Part shown: one piece after another, positions 1 to 8,632 of the stretch | Position numbering within the stretch: position 1 is the stretch's first letter | How the letters are laid out: each line of letters begins with the position of its first letter | Virus record (IMG/VR): IMGVR_UViG_3300025845_000008 | Location: 55,473 to 75,472 of that record | Length of the DNA: 20,000 bases | DNA from: an uncultured virus (IMG/VR IMGVR_UViG_3300025845_000008) | Taxonomy: Duplodnaviria > Heunggongvirae > Uroviricota > Caudoviricetes | Direction: 5' to 3' (one strand) | Notes under the pieces: generated by a model | What the model saw: only the letters and a program-made list of their open reading frames with translations | Database searches by the model: none | Told to the model about the DNA's origin: nothing | Translations under genes and position numbers: made by a program

Positions 1-1
1 A

Positions 2-1582
2 TATTCAGGTCAACCAGTATCATTTCATAACGATTTGGGTGAATTACAAGGTGGTACTACAAACGAGTATTATCACGTAACATCAGCACAATCCACTGGT
101 ATTGTTGCACAAAACCCAACAGTTCTTGGTGCCGATTGGCTTCACGGTATGGGTGATGTTGCCACAACACTCGCATTTGATAATGTTACCCATATTTTCA
201 CACTATCAGGAACAAACTTCAAGTATTACTATCAAGGTAAAGAGGTAACTGTTGCCTCTTCTGTCACGATAGATTTGGATACTGCTGGTGGAATTACCTT
301 CCCTGTACAGGGGGAATCATATTTCATCTATTTCGCTGATACTACAGGTGTATTAACCGCATCCGAGGGGCCTTGGGATTTGAACATACATGTTCCTGTT
401 GCACTTATTACATGGAATAGTGCCACCACAACTGGTACCGCCGCTGTATTTGATGAGAGACATGGATATAGACGTGACCTTCAATGGCATTTATGGGCAC
501 ACTCAACCGTTAATACAAGGTACTTGAGTGGTTTTGTTAAGACACTACCTACAGGTGCTACACCTAATGACCTTAGTATAGGTGGTGGTTCGATTGCTGA
601 TGAAGATATTATTCACACTATTGGTGCCAAGACTACCGCAAGGATTTGGTATGAGGTTTCTGCTGGTGTTTGGACGTTCAAAGATGACGTTCTTCCTTAC
701 TACGATACAACGACCCCCGGCGGTGGTAGTCCTGAATGGCCTTTGACTACTTCAGCGTATGCGTTAACTCCATTAGCCGCAGCAAAATATATGCCGACTT
801 GGTGTTATGCTTCTCCTGATATCACTGAGCCAATATATATTATTGTTCCGTCAATGACCTCAACAGGACTTTATAATAGTGCTACAGAGGCACGACAAGC
901 CCCTATACCTTCTGTTCCAGAAATACAAGAAATGAAATTGTTGTATAGGTTCGTTTGGAGTAATACTGGCGCTTTAAGTTATGACGCAACACAGGATGAC
1001 TTTAGAACCAGTGGTTTGATTGCTTCTGCTGGCGTATCTCAAAATGTCTCCGCTTCACAAGTTTCTTTTGCTCCTACTGGAAATGTAACATCCATAAGTG
1101 TACAGGGTGCAATAGAAGAAATAATCAGTGATATTAGACCTACTTATTCTGAACTGGTGATGACCACTACAGGTACCTTGACCGTGACTACCGCTGGTAC
1201 ATACTACGTAATGAACGATACAAACGTGACAGGCACAACCAACTTCGTATTAGGACAAAGTGTTAATGTAACCACTAACGCAAATGCTTGTACGTTTACG
1301 ATTGTTGATGCTGGTGTTTATGAAGTTATTTTTAATGCTTCATATAATAACACTAACGTAAACAGAGTCAATAGAGGTAGATTCTATGTAGATACAGTAC
1401 AACAAACAGGTGGATTTAATAATTCTGGTACCAATACTGCTTCCGCATCACAGAATGTTATGGCGAGTCAGTATTTGAGTTTGACGGCAGGACAAGTCAT
1501 TGATTTTAGATTGACTGCTGACACGTCAGGTACGGTTCAGAATTTCACGATGGTTAATTTCAGAATCAGAAGAATCGCATAA
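2..1582 (+). CDS. Tail fibre / receptor-binding virion protein, 5'-truncated by the window edge
   Basis: The frame is open from base 2 (YSGQPVSFHNDLGELQGG..EYYH), so TTG at 35 is not the true start. Thr/Gly/Ser-rich; carries the fibre-type motif ASQVSFAPTGNVTSISVQGAIEEI and a C1q/BclA-like C-terminal beta domain (FTIVDAGVYEVIFN...LSLTAGQVIDFR). Confidence 0.7.
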   Translation, partial: YSGQPVSFHNDLGELQGGTTNEYYHVTSAQSTGIVAQNPTVLGADWLHGMGDVATTLAFDNVTHIFTLSGTNFKYYYQGKEVTVASSVTIDLDTAGGITFPVQGESYFIYFADTTGVLTASEGPWDLNIHVPVALITWNSATTTGTAAVFDERHGYRRDLQWHLWAHSTVNTRYLSGFVKTLPTGATPNDLSIGGGSIADEDIIHTIGAKTTARIWYEVSAGVWTFKDDVLPYYDTTTPGGGSPEWPLTTSAYALTPLAAAKYMPTWCYASPDITEPIYIIVPSMTSTGLYNSATEARQAPIPSVPEIQEMKLLYRFVWSNTGALSYDATQDDFRTSGLIASAGVSQNVSASQVSFAPTGNVTSISVQGAIEEIISDIRPTYSELVMTTTGTLTVTTAGTYYVMNDTNVTGTTNFVLGQSVNVTTNANACTFTIVDAGVYEVIFNASYNNTNVNRVNRGRFYVDTVQQTGGFNNSGTNTASASQNVMASQYLSLTAGQVIDFRLTADTSGTVQNFTMVNFRIRRIA

Positions 1583-1584
1583 AG

Positions 1585-1613
1585 TTTACATATCACATTT
1601 AATACGTTATACT
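1585..1613 (+). promoter_or_regulatory. sigma70-type early promoter for gp47
   Basis: (G)TTTACA-17 bp-TATACT; GTTTAC also matches the T4 early -35 consensus. Confidence 0.75.
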
Positions 1614-1649
1614 CCCTATATGGTAAAAACTGTATAGGGAGTTTTATTT
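1611..1649 (+). terminator. Hairpin / intrinsic terminator after the fibre gene, overlapping the promoter -10 and the gp47 RBS
   Basis: ACTCCCTATA(tgg)-taaaaa-(ctg)TATAGGGAGT followed by TTTATTT. Confidence 0.65.
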
Positions 1650-2690
1650 GTGAAGAGAATTTTAGTAACTGACACCCACTTGGGTCATAAGAAGGCAAAT
1701 CAGAGATATCTTGATTTAACCCTTGAATTGTTTGAAGACATAGGTAACTATGCAGAAGAGCATGACATTAAAGAGTTAATACACCTTGGTGATTTCTTCG
1801 ATAATCGTAGAAATATGTCATTGATGACGCTTCATTACGCACGTAGAATTGGTCTAAACTTGCGTCATAGGTTTGACAGGTCTTATTTTATTTTAGGTAA
1901 TCACGATCTTTATTATAAAGACAGATATTTGCCCAATTCCCATGAAATTTTCTACTCCATGCCCCATATTCAAGTGGTAGATGAACTGACTGAGGTTGGT
2001 AATATGCTCCTTGTACCTTGGATTGTAGAGGGTTCTGATTGGATTGACCCTGTAGAATTCTTAAAACCTCTTCATGAAACCACCAAAGAATATTGTCTTG
2101 GTCATTGGGAAATCAATGGTGCCAAGATGAACGTATCAGGTCGTGTGGCAGAGGGAAGTAAGTTCAGTTGTACCGATTTTAGAAAGTTTAAGAAGACCTT
2201 TTCTGGTCACTTTCATACCCCCGGCACATATCCCATGAATATTCAGTACTTAGGTGCATCACACCACATGGATTTTAACGATTCAGGTCCGAGGGGGTGG
2301 TATGTATTTGATGATGAGGATGGTTCCCTTGAGTTCATTCGTTGGGATAAATCCCCGAAGTATATCAAATGGAGAGCATTACCTGACAATATCGTTCAGG
2401 GTGAATTTACCGACCAAATTGTTAAGATTGTCTTTGATGAGGATTATGGCACAACAATAAATAACCAAATAATTTCAGATGTTTATGGTACCAATCCCCT
2501 ACAGGTATTCACTGAGTACAAGTTTACGAAAGTGACCACAGATGATACAGTAGAGGAAGAATTGGAATTGTCTGGTCCTGTAGAGGTCCATAAGGGATTT
2601 GTTGAGAAGTCAGAGGTTCCTAAACACCTTAGTAAAAAGATTCTATCTAAGTTTATCGACCAAATTTATGAGGAAGTCAATGCCCAGTAG
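1650..2690 (+). CDS. 47: Recombination nuclease subunit, Mre11/SbcD-like (T4 gp47)
   Basis: Metallophosphoesterase motifs DTHLG, GDFFD, GNHD, GHWE, SGHFH; 346 aa; GTG start with GGAG RBS; lies upstream of gp46. Confidence 0.92.
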   Translation: MKRILVTDTHLGHKKANQRYLDLTLELFEDIGNYAEEHDIKELIHLGDFFDNRRNMSLMTLHYARRIGLNLRHRFDRSYFILGNHDLYYKDRYLPNSHEIFYSMPHIQVVDELTEVGNMLLVPWIVEGSDWIDPVEFLKPLHETTKEYCLGHWEINGAKMNVSGRVAEGSKFSCTDFRKFKKTFSGHFHTPGTYPMNIQYLGASHHMDFNDSGPRGWYVFDDEDGSLEFIRWDKSPKYIKWRALPDNIVQGEFTDQIVKIVFDEDYGTTINNQIISDVYGTNPLQVFTEYKFTKVTTDDTVEEELELSGPVEVHKGFVEKSEVPKHLSKKILSKFIDQIYEEVNAQ

Positions 2691-3309
2691 AATGATACAC
2701 GATATTTTACATCAAATTCTTGAGACAAGTGATGTGGAAATGCGTCACGAATCACAACGAACAACACGTACAAGTGGTGATTATTTTCAAAATTTGTATA
2801 TGGGTGCATTTAGACCCCAATTGATATTGAGAAGGGTGGTCAGACATAGTGAAATTAAAAACCTTCCCGCAGATGTGTACACGGAATTGTTAGATTTGTT
2901 TCAAAGAATGGTCAGAACTGGCGAACCAGTTAATATCAGTAGAAGATTCCGTGATGTGAGACTTTCAAGAGCGGAAATGTTACCAAACCAACATTCATTC
3001 GAATATGATATACGACTTGAATTTGTGTTGAGTGATTTGGATGAAGACCATTGGCGTAATGAATTAGAAGAAGACTCACGTTATGTGCCGGATTGGGGTG
3101 GCCGTAGACGTAGCGCACAAGTTCAACTTGACGGTCAGGGTAGGATACACCCACGTTATTTTGGTGAATCAACAGGTGGTATTGAACCTGTTTATAATAC
3201 TAAGCACCGCTACCGTGCCGCGTGGCCCGATGATGTTGAGATTTTCGGTCAAAAACCTGTAAAAAAGAAACAAGAGAAACACTTTGAGGATGACCTGTTT
3301 GAATTATGA
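2680..3309 (+). CDS. Hypothetical Arg-rich, Lys-poor protein ending HFEDDLFEL
   Basis: ATG at 2680 with AGGA RBS overlaps the end of gp47 and is more plausible than 2599; ATGA coupling to the next gene. Confidence 0.75.
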   Translation: MPSRMIHDILHQILETSDVEMRHESQRTTRTSGDYFQNLYMGAFRPQLILRRVVRHSEIKNLPADVYTELLDLFQRMVRTGEPVNISRRFRDVRLSRAEMLPNQHSFEYDIRLEFVLSDLDEDHWRNELEEDSRYVPDWGGRRRSAQVQLDGQGRIHPRYFGESTGGIEPVYNTKHRYRAAWPDDVEIFGQKPVKKKQEKHFEDDLFEL

Positions 3310-3881
3310 AAAGATATGTATACAGAAATCACCAACAATGTACATGTCCTACCAGACGTGAGATACGGGAAGCAGTTCATAATGATATGAACGAAAGACC
3401 ACAACCGATGAGTCAGATTGTGGTTCCAGTTATACCGAGTATGCCACCCGCTAGTCTTGAACATATGAGATATGATGTTGGTGACTCGTTCAGGATGACA
3501 AGATATATTTTTGAAACAGTGTGTTTCACAACTGCTATATGGGTAGAAGAACATGTAGAGAACGGTGTTTCATGTGGTCATTACACTACACACCACAGTT
3601 ACTTTCAGGTTCCCGAAGGGGTGGAGTTACCACAAACAGAGTTGTTGAATGAAGGTCATTCTTTTCATGACGAACATATTGAAGTATACCGAGGGTTGGA
3701 TGGCGAAGCATATTATAGATACAGAATGTTTGAACTGGAAAGACGATTAAGAGAACTGGAAGATACAAGAGTTATACTTCCTAGAGAAGATATTGATGAT
3801 ATACACGCAGGTAGAGCGATTATTGATAATCAACCTGTACGTCTGGAGTATTTTGAAGATGATGAAATTTTTAACATCTAA
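3306..3881 (+). CDS. Hypothetical protein with a single Lys in 191 aa, ending YFEDDEIFNI
   Basis: ORF track; ATGA overlap with the upstream gene. Confidence 0.75.
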   Translation: MKRYVYRNHQQCTCPTRREIREAVHNDMNERPQPMSQIVVPVIPSMPPASLEHMRYDVGDSFRMTRYIFETVCFTTAIWVEEHVENGVSCGHYTTHHSYFQVPEGVELPQTELLNEGHSFHDEHIEVYRGLDGEAYYRYRMFELERRLRELEDTRVILPREDIDDIHAGRAIIDNQPVRLEYFEDDEIFNI

Positions 3882-4065
3882 AAGATGGCAAACAATTAAA
3901 GATTGGTGTTGGTGGAAATTTGTGATTAAGGAAGATGAATTTCATCACAGTTTGAGTATAGACATGATTAAGGTCTTAAATGGTAAGACGACATTAGATG
4001 CAGAGTTAAAACGTATCGAGCCTCTTCGTGAGAGGGCGCATAAATTAGATTTAAAATGGGGTTAA
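3859..4065 (+). CDS. Hypothetical protein
   Basis: ATG at 3859/3862 after GGAG; fills the gap between neighbours. Confidence 0.6.
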   Translation: MMKFLTSKRWQTIKDWCWWKFVIKEDEFHHSLSIDMIKVLNGKTTLDAELKRIEPLRERAHKLDLKWG

Positions 4066-4067
4066 TA

Positions 4068-4406
4068 ATGACAGATAATGTGAGTTGTGACGTATGTGGT
4101 GCCACAGAAGACATTGAGTGTGAGATTCTATTGAAAGGTGAACAGGTAGATAGAATTTATCACCTATGTCCTGAACATTGGATTAAGGTTTACAGGAAAA
4201 CTTTGGAAGATTTTTTGGAAGCAAACGAGTATAAATGTAATTCGTATATTAAAATGGCGGTGGACAAGTTGATTTCTGATGCAGTAACCAGTACAAAAAT
4301 TAAGCAATTTTCCGATGAAGATGGTTTGGTTGATGTTGCACGTCTTGACCCACAAGAACTAAGAAGATTGCGTCCATATGAAATTGATGATGAGGATGAT
4401 ATATGA
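4068..4406 (+). CDS. Hypothetical protein with N-terminal CxxC...CxxH putative Zn site
   Basis: CDVC...LCPEH; acidic tail; ATG at 4068 just after the previous stop. Confidence 0.7.
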   Translation: MTDNVSCDVCGATEDIECEILLKGEQVDRIYHLCPEHWIKVYRKTLEDFLEANEYKCNSYIKMAVDKLISDAVTSTKIKQFSDEDGLVDVARLDPQELRRLRPYEIDDEDDI

Positions 4407-4906
4407 GTAATTATCATAAACATGCAATAGAGGAAATGAAGAGGATAGGATTCAGGTTTGTTGAAGATGGCTATCCAATTCAAGACCCAAATGAAGAATT
4501 TGATGTGAATGCGGAAATGGCTATGTGTGTCTTGGATATTCTTGATGTGTTTGGTAAACAAGGTCATTCAGGTATGTCAGCGTCATATTGTTTGCAGATT
4601 CTTGAGAAGGTCATGAAGTTTGAGCCTATAACACCCCTAACAGGTGATGATGATGAGTGGAATTGTATTGCTGATGAACGTACCAATGGTGAAGAGATTT
4701 ATCAAAATAAGCGATGTTCACACGTTTTCAAAAGGAACGGACAAGCGTATGATATAGATGGTAAGGTGTTTTGGGAATGGTATACTGATGGGGTAACTGG
4801 CGAGAGACATAAAACTTATTATACCTGTTCAGAGAGTCATGTAGACATAGAGTTTCCGTATACACCAACAAGAGTTGAAGAATATATGGAGAGTGGTTGT
4901 GAGTGA
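4403..4906 (+). CDS. Conserved phage hypothetical protein (GHSGxSA family)
   Basis: Motifs QGHSGMSA, PITPLTGDDDEW and YQNKRCSHVFK, recalled from a widespread uncharacterised phage family. Confidence 0.75.
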   Translation: MSNYHKHAIEEMKRIGFRFVEDGYPIQDPNEEFDVNAEMAMCVLDILDVFGKQGHSGMSASYCLQILEKVMKFEPITPLTGDDDEWNCIADERTNGEEIYQNKRCSHVFKRNGQAYDIDGKVFWEWYTDGVTGERHKTYYTCSESHVDIEFPYTPTRVEEYMESGCE

Positions 4907-5090
4907 AGATGTTCAAGTATTTAAAATATGTGACAACGAAGGATCAACAGTTTATCTTGAGCATGACGAAAATGTTATGAGAATACTGCAAGGTTTTGTT
5001 GACTGGGCCGAACCAAAACAAAAAATGATCGTTGAGGTTGTCGTGGTATCCAGAGAAGATTTGAATAAATTGCCAAGGAGTATGATCTAA
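4899..5090 (+). CDS. Small hypothetical protein
   Basis: GTG at 4899 after GGAG; its TAA overlaps the gp46 ATG. Confidence 0.6.
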   Translation: MSEDVQVFKICDNEGSTVYLEHDENVMRILQGFVDWAEPKQKMIVEVVVVSREDLNKLPRSMI

Positions 5091-7306
5091 TGGGCAAAAT
5101 AAACGTTGATAAGGTTGAATTAAAAAATTTCCTGTCATATGGGAATCAGTGGACAGTTTTTGATTTCCAGACAGGAATTAACGTTGTTCTTGGTCACGAT
5201 AAAGATAAAGAACGATCAAATGGTGCTGGTAAGACCAGTTTTCTAGAGGCTATTCCCTTTGCTCTGTTTGGTCAGATTAATAAAGGTATATCATTACCGA
5301 AAATTGTGAATTGGCGAAACGGTAAACAATGTGAGGTAAAACTTCACTTCCGTAAGGATGGTGTGTCTTACATGATCCACCGTGGAATTAAGCCCGGAAT
5401 CTTAACATTGTTTAAAGATGGTGTTGAGGTTCCAAAATTATCCGATAAGAGGTTGTTTCAGGCAGAACTTGAAGATGATTTGATTGGTATGGACTTTAAA
5501 GCCGCACAAGCACTCTTGTTTCAGAATGCTAATAACATGGTTTCGATGTTTAATACTCCAAAGGCAGACAAACGTAGATTTGTTGAGAAGTTCTTTAATC
5601 TTGAGATTTATTCTAAGGCAACAGAGGTCACCAATAAGAAGCTGAAAGGTGTTGATGACAAGATTTCAGAGATTAGGGTAGATGTGTCATATAAACAGAA
5701 GTCAATAGATGACCTCACCGCTAAGATAGAGTCATTTGTGGCACCTGATTTGGATGTATATCAAGGTAAAGTGGTATCTATTCAAACATTATATGACACA
5801 TTCACGGAAAATAATCCAGACCTTGAAGAACGTTTGAAAAATTTAAACAATTTATGCACAGAGTTGACCAAGAAGCGAGATGAACTGAATACTAAGGTTT
5901 CAAAAACCAAAGAGAAGCTTGGTGATGTGCGTCTTGAGGTTCGAGCATTAGAAACGGAAGCAACAACGAAACGTCAGCGTATAGAAAAGATCGGTGATTT
6001 ATCGGAACAGACAGATAAACTTATTAGGGTTAAGAGTGAGTTAATTAAGCTTTCAGACCTTAATAGAGAACCCACTAAAACTGAAATTGATAATCTTCTT
6101 GATGAATTGGGTAAACAAAAACAACTTCTAACGGAATGTAATACTTACATTCGCCAATACAAGAATGAGATTGAAAGCTTTGAAAATATGGAGACAACAT
6201 CTGAATCGGTATGTCCCACTTGTTTTCAAGAAGTTGATCATGAACATATTAAAAACCATATCGAGTCACAAGTTGCGGGACTGAAACAAGAATTAGTTAT
6301 TAAAAATGGTCATTTGTCTAACATTGAAGAGAATATCATCGAACTTAGCCACAAACACAAAGAAAAAAGTGATCTTCTTGATGGTATAAACTATAAGATT
6401 GAACAAAAAAATAAGTTAGAACAAGCACTTGCAAAACTATCAGGTGTTGAAGAAAAAGAGATAGAACTATCAGAGTTAAAAGTTCGTATTGATGAGATTG
6501 ACACAGTTATTCTACCAGAGTATCGTGATAAAGAATCTGCGTTGGTTGCTCAGATTGAAGCGGAAGATCTGGAATATAAGGATTCATTACTTGAAGTTAA
6601 CAATAACAATGCACTTATTGATAAATGTAAAGACACTATAAGAGAACGAGATAAGTTGTTGAATGAACTTGATACTGCTACGAGTATCCTTGATAATCAA
6701 AAGGAAATCCATGACAGGTTGATTGGTGAAAATGAAGCAAATATTGCGACTAAAGTAAAACTTGAGTCCGAGATTGTATCTACCCAAGCCGAAGTTAGAA
6801 AATTAGAAATAATGAAGGATTACCTAGAGCATATCAAGTTCACCTTAAAAGACGAGAATGTTAAACAATATGCTATTAGTAGTATTATCCCGTACTTACA
6901 GCAACAGATGAACCATTATCTCTCCGAGACAGGGAATTACTACGTTGAGTTGGATAACTGGTTGGACGGAACGATTAAAGGTTTTGGTGTCGGTGAATGT
7001 GACTTTGGAAATATGTCAGGTGGAGAGGGTAAGTCTATTGACCTCGCGTTAAAATTCGCTATGATGGATGTTGCACGTAGACAAGCTGGATCATATCTTG
7101 ATATTCTAGTACTAGATGAACTATTGGACAGTTCTATAGATAGTCATGGTTTAGATAAAATGATGGATATTGTCAGAATGAAACAAAGAGAAGACAACTT
7201 GAAGGTCTTTATCGTCTCTCATAGAGAGGAAGTTGCATCTTTTGATGCCGACAGAACATTTGTTGTGGAAAAAGAGCAAGGAATGTCCAATATTAGGGAA
7301 TTATAA
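5090..7306 (+). CDS. 46: Recombination ATPase, Rad50/SbcC-like (T4 gp46)
   Basis: KNFLSYGN, Walker A SNGAGKTS, long coiled coil with CPTC zinc hook, signature MSGGE, Walker B LVLDE-LLDSSID, H-loop VSH. Confidence 0.95.
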   Translation: MGKINVDKVELKNFLSYGNQWTVFDFQTGINVVLGHDKDKERSNGAGKTSFLEAIPFALFGQINKGISLPKIVNWRNGKQCEVKLHFRKDGVSYMIHRGIKPGILTLFKDGVEVPKLSDKRLFQAELEDDLIGMDFKAAQALLFQNANNMVSMFNTPKADKRRFVEKFFNLEIYSKATEVTNKKLKGVDDKISEIRVDVSYKQKSIDDLTAKIESFVAPDLDVYQGKVVSIQTLYDTFTENNPDLEERLKNLNNLCTELTKKRDELNTKVSKTKEKLGDVRLEVRALETEATTKRQRIEKIGDLSEQTDKLIRVKSELIKLSDLNREPTKTEIDNLLDELGKQKQLLTECNTYIRQYKNEIESFENMETTSESVCPTCFQEVDHEHIKNHIESQVAGLKQELVIKNGHLSNIEENIIELSHKHKEKSDLLDGINYKIEQKNKLEQALAKLSGVEEKEIELSELKVRIDEIDTVILPEYRDKESALVAQIEAEDLEYKDSLLEVNNNNALIDKCKDTIRERDKLLNELDTATSILDNQKEIHDRLIGENEANIATKVKLESEIVSTQAEVRKLEIMKDYLEHIKFTLKDENVKQYAISSIIPYLQQQMNHYLSETGNYYVELDNWLDGTIKGFGVGECDFGNMSGGEGKSIDLALKFAMMDVARRQAGSYLDILVLDELLDSSIDSHGLDKMMDIVRMKQREDNLKVFIVSHREEVASFDADRTFVVEKEQGMSNIREL

Positions 7307-7368
7307 TGGGTGTGGATAAAAAGACCATAGATGCAAAAAAATGTTGAGTGGGAGGATCTATTTGAGAT

Positions 7369-7634
7369 ATGAATAACTTCAAGAATGAAGATGATTGGGA
7401 TTTTTTTTTAATAACATCTTTGATAGTTACACAGAAGATGATTGGGGGATAATAGATAAAGTTGAGTATGGTAGCTGTTGTCTTAGAGAGTCACCGTTTG
7501 TCTCTATTGAGGGTATTCAGAAACAAATTGACAGTATCGAGTGTCCAACTGCTTTGGTATACTATGTACTTGTTGAAAATGGGGAAGTGTACATAAAACA
7601 TCGTGCATTGGAGGTAGAATTATATCATGAGTGA
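7369..7634 (+). CDS. Hypothetical protein split by a -1 frameshift at a T9 run (pseudogene, programmed shift or read error)
   Basis: ATG 7369 gives MNNFKNEDDWDFF and joins the 7395-7634 frame by a -1 shift at T7401-7409; both halves contain EDDW. Confidence 0.5.
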
Positions 7635-7788
7635 AGAAGAGAGATTATTAAGAGAGTTGATGTATACAATACGAATTGCACATCTTGATATGTCAGGAAA
7701 ACACAGATATGCTCTTAACCACAAATCACATCATTTGATTAATGAAATTAAAATTTATCTTTATGAGAAGGATACGAAAAAAGAGTGA
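7627..7788 (+). CDS. Small hypothetical protein (53 aa, below the ORF-track cutoff)
   Basis: MSEEERLLRELMYTIRIAHLDMSGKHRY...DTKKE*; upstream GGAGG; overlaps the previous stop. Confidence 0.65.
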   Translation: MSEEERLLRELMYTIRIAHLDMSGKHRYALNHKSHHLINEIKIYLYEKDTKKE

Positions 7789-7886
7789 GTTCTACCAATA
7801 GAGGTGGTGCTACTGACTCCATTGAATATCAACATTGTGTATGACAAAAAGGGTATCATCCAGAATTTACATAATTAAAGATTTTA
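7785..7886 (+). pseudogene. Probable internally deleted remnant of a phage DNA methyltransferase gene
   Basis: Reads (M)SSTNRGG-ATDSIEYQHCV*QKGYHPEFT*LKIL, resembling from memory the N-terminus and C-terminus of an NPPF-type phage methylase family; two in-frame stops. Confidence 0.5.
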
Positions 7887-7946
7887 TGGGGATTGTATTA
7901 ACAAACAATCTATTTTTTGGTATTATGGTTTTGAGAGGATAGAATA

Positions 7947-8213
7947 ATGTATACAGCACTGTATTTACCCGCAAGTTATGACTATGACCCTACACGATCA
8001 GGATTTATTTCAGAAGATAAAGCTATTGATTTTGTTGTAAAAAATCACCTATGTCATTGCTGTGAAGATGAGGGGTGGGGGTCTGCGTGTGCATCAGAAT
8101 GGATTATTATCAAAACCGATGAAATGGGAATGTGTGAGACTGTCGGTGATATTTTTGATGCAGCAGGATATACGAGAGTGGAAAACTGTCTTGATGTTAA
8201 GGATCGCGAATGA
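7947..8213 (+). CDS. Hypothetical Cys-rich small protein
   Basis: GAGGA RBS; ATGA coupling to the next gene. Confidence 0.7.
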   Translation: MYTALYLPASYDYDPTRSGFISEDKAIDFVVKNHLCHCCEDEGWGSACASEWIIIKTDEMGMCETVGDIFDAAGYTRVENCLDVKDRE

Positions 8214-8632
8214 AATGTGTAATTGCCGGAAGTAGAGATTTAGGAACTTATCGTGATAAGGAAAATCGAAGAATTCAGATGTCTTTGATCGATTGTCCTT
8301 GGTTTGAAGAGGCCATGGGACAGTTTGATTGGAAAGACCGTATCACAGAAATAGTTAGCGGTGCTGCACTTGGTGTTGACACTTTGGGTGAACAATATGC
8401 CGATAAGTATGGTATAGAGAAAAGTATTTTTCCTGCTAAATGGTCAGAATTTGGTCGTCGAGCAGGATCGCTTCGTAATGAAGATATGGCAAAGTATGCA
8501 GATGTGGCAGTTGTCATGATGGTCAAAGGTGGTTCTACGGGTTCCAAGGATATGATTGATCGAATGATGCGAAAAAATAAACCTTATATGGCATTTGAAG
8601 TAATAGGAGGAGTTCCTTGTCAAGTCAAATAG
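8210..8632 (+). CDS. SLOG-superfamily protein (DUF2493 / YspA-like)
   Basis: IAGSRD, IVSGAALGVDTLGEQYA, PAKW..GRRAGSLRNEDM, GGSTGSKDMI. Confidence 0.85.
   Translation: MKCVIAGSRDLGTYRDKENRRIQMSLIDCPWFEEAMGQFDWKDRITEIVSGAALGVDTLGEQYADKYGIEKSIFPAKWSEFGRRAGSLRNEDMAKYADVAVVMMVKGGSTGSKDMIDRMMRKNKPYMAFEVIGGVPCQVK

Noticed and set aside
1330..1582. DGR variable region in the Asn-rich fibre tip
   Set aside because: No template repeat or reverse transcriptase in the window.
7842..7874. Stop-codon reassignment (TGA at an expected Trp)
   Set aside because: TGA, TAA and TAG all end genes at coupled junctions, and the long conserved genes have no internal stops. Local decay explains it better.
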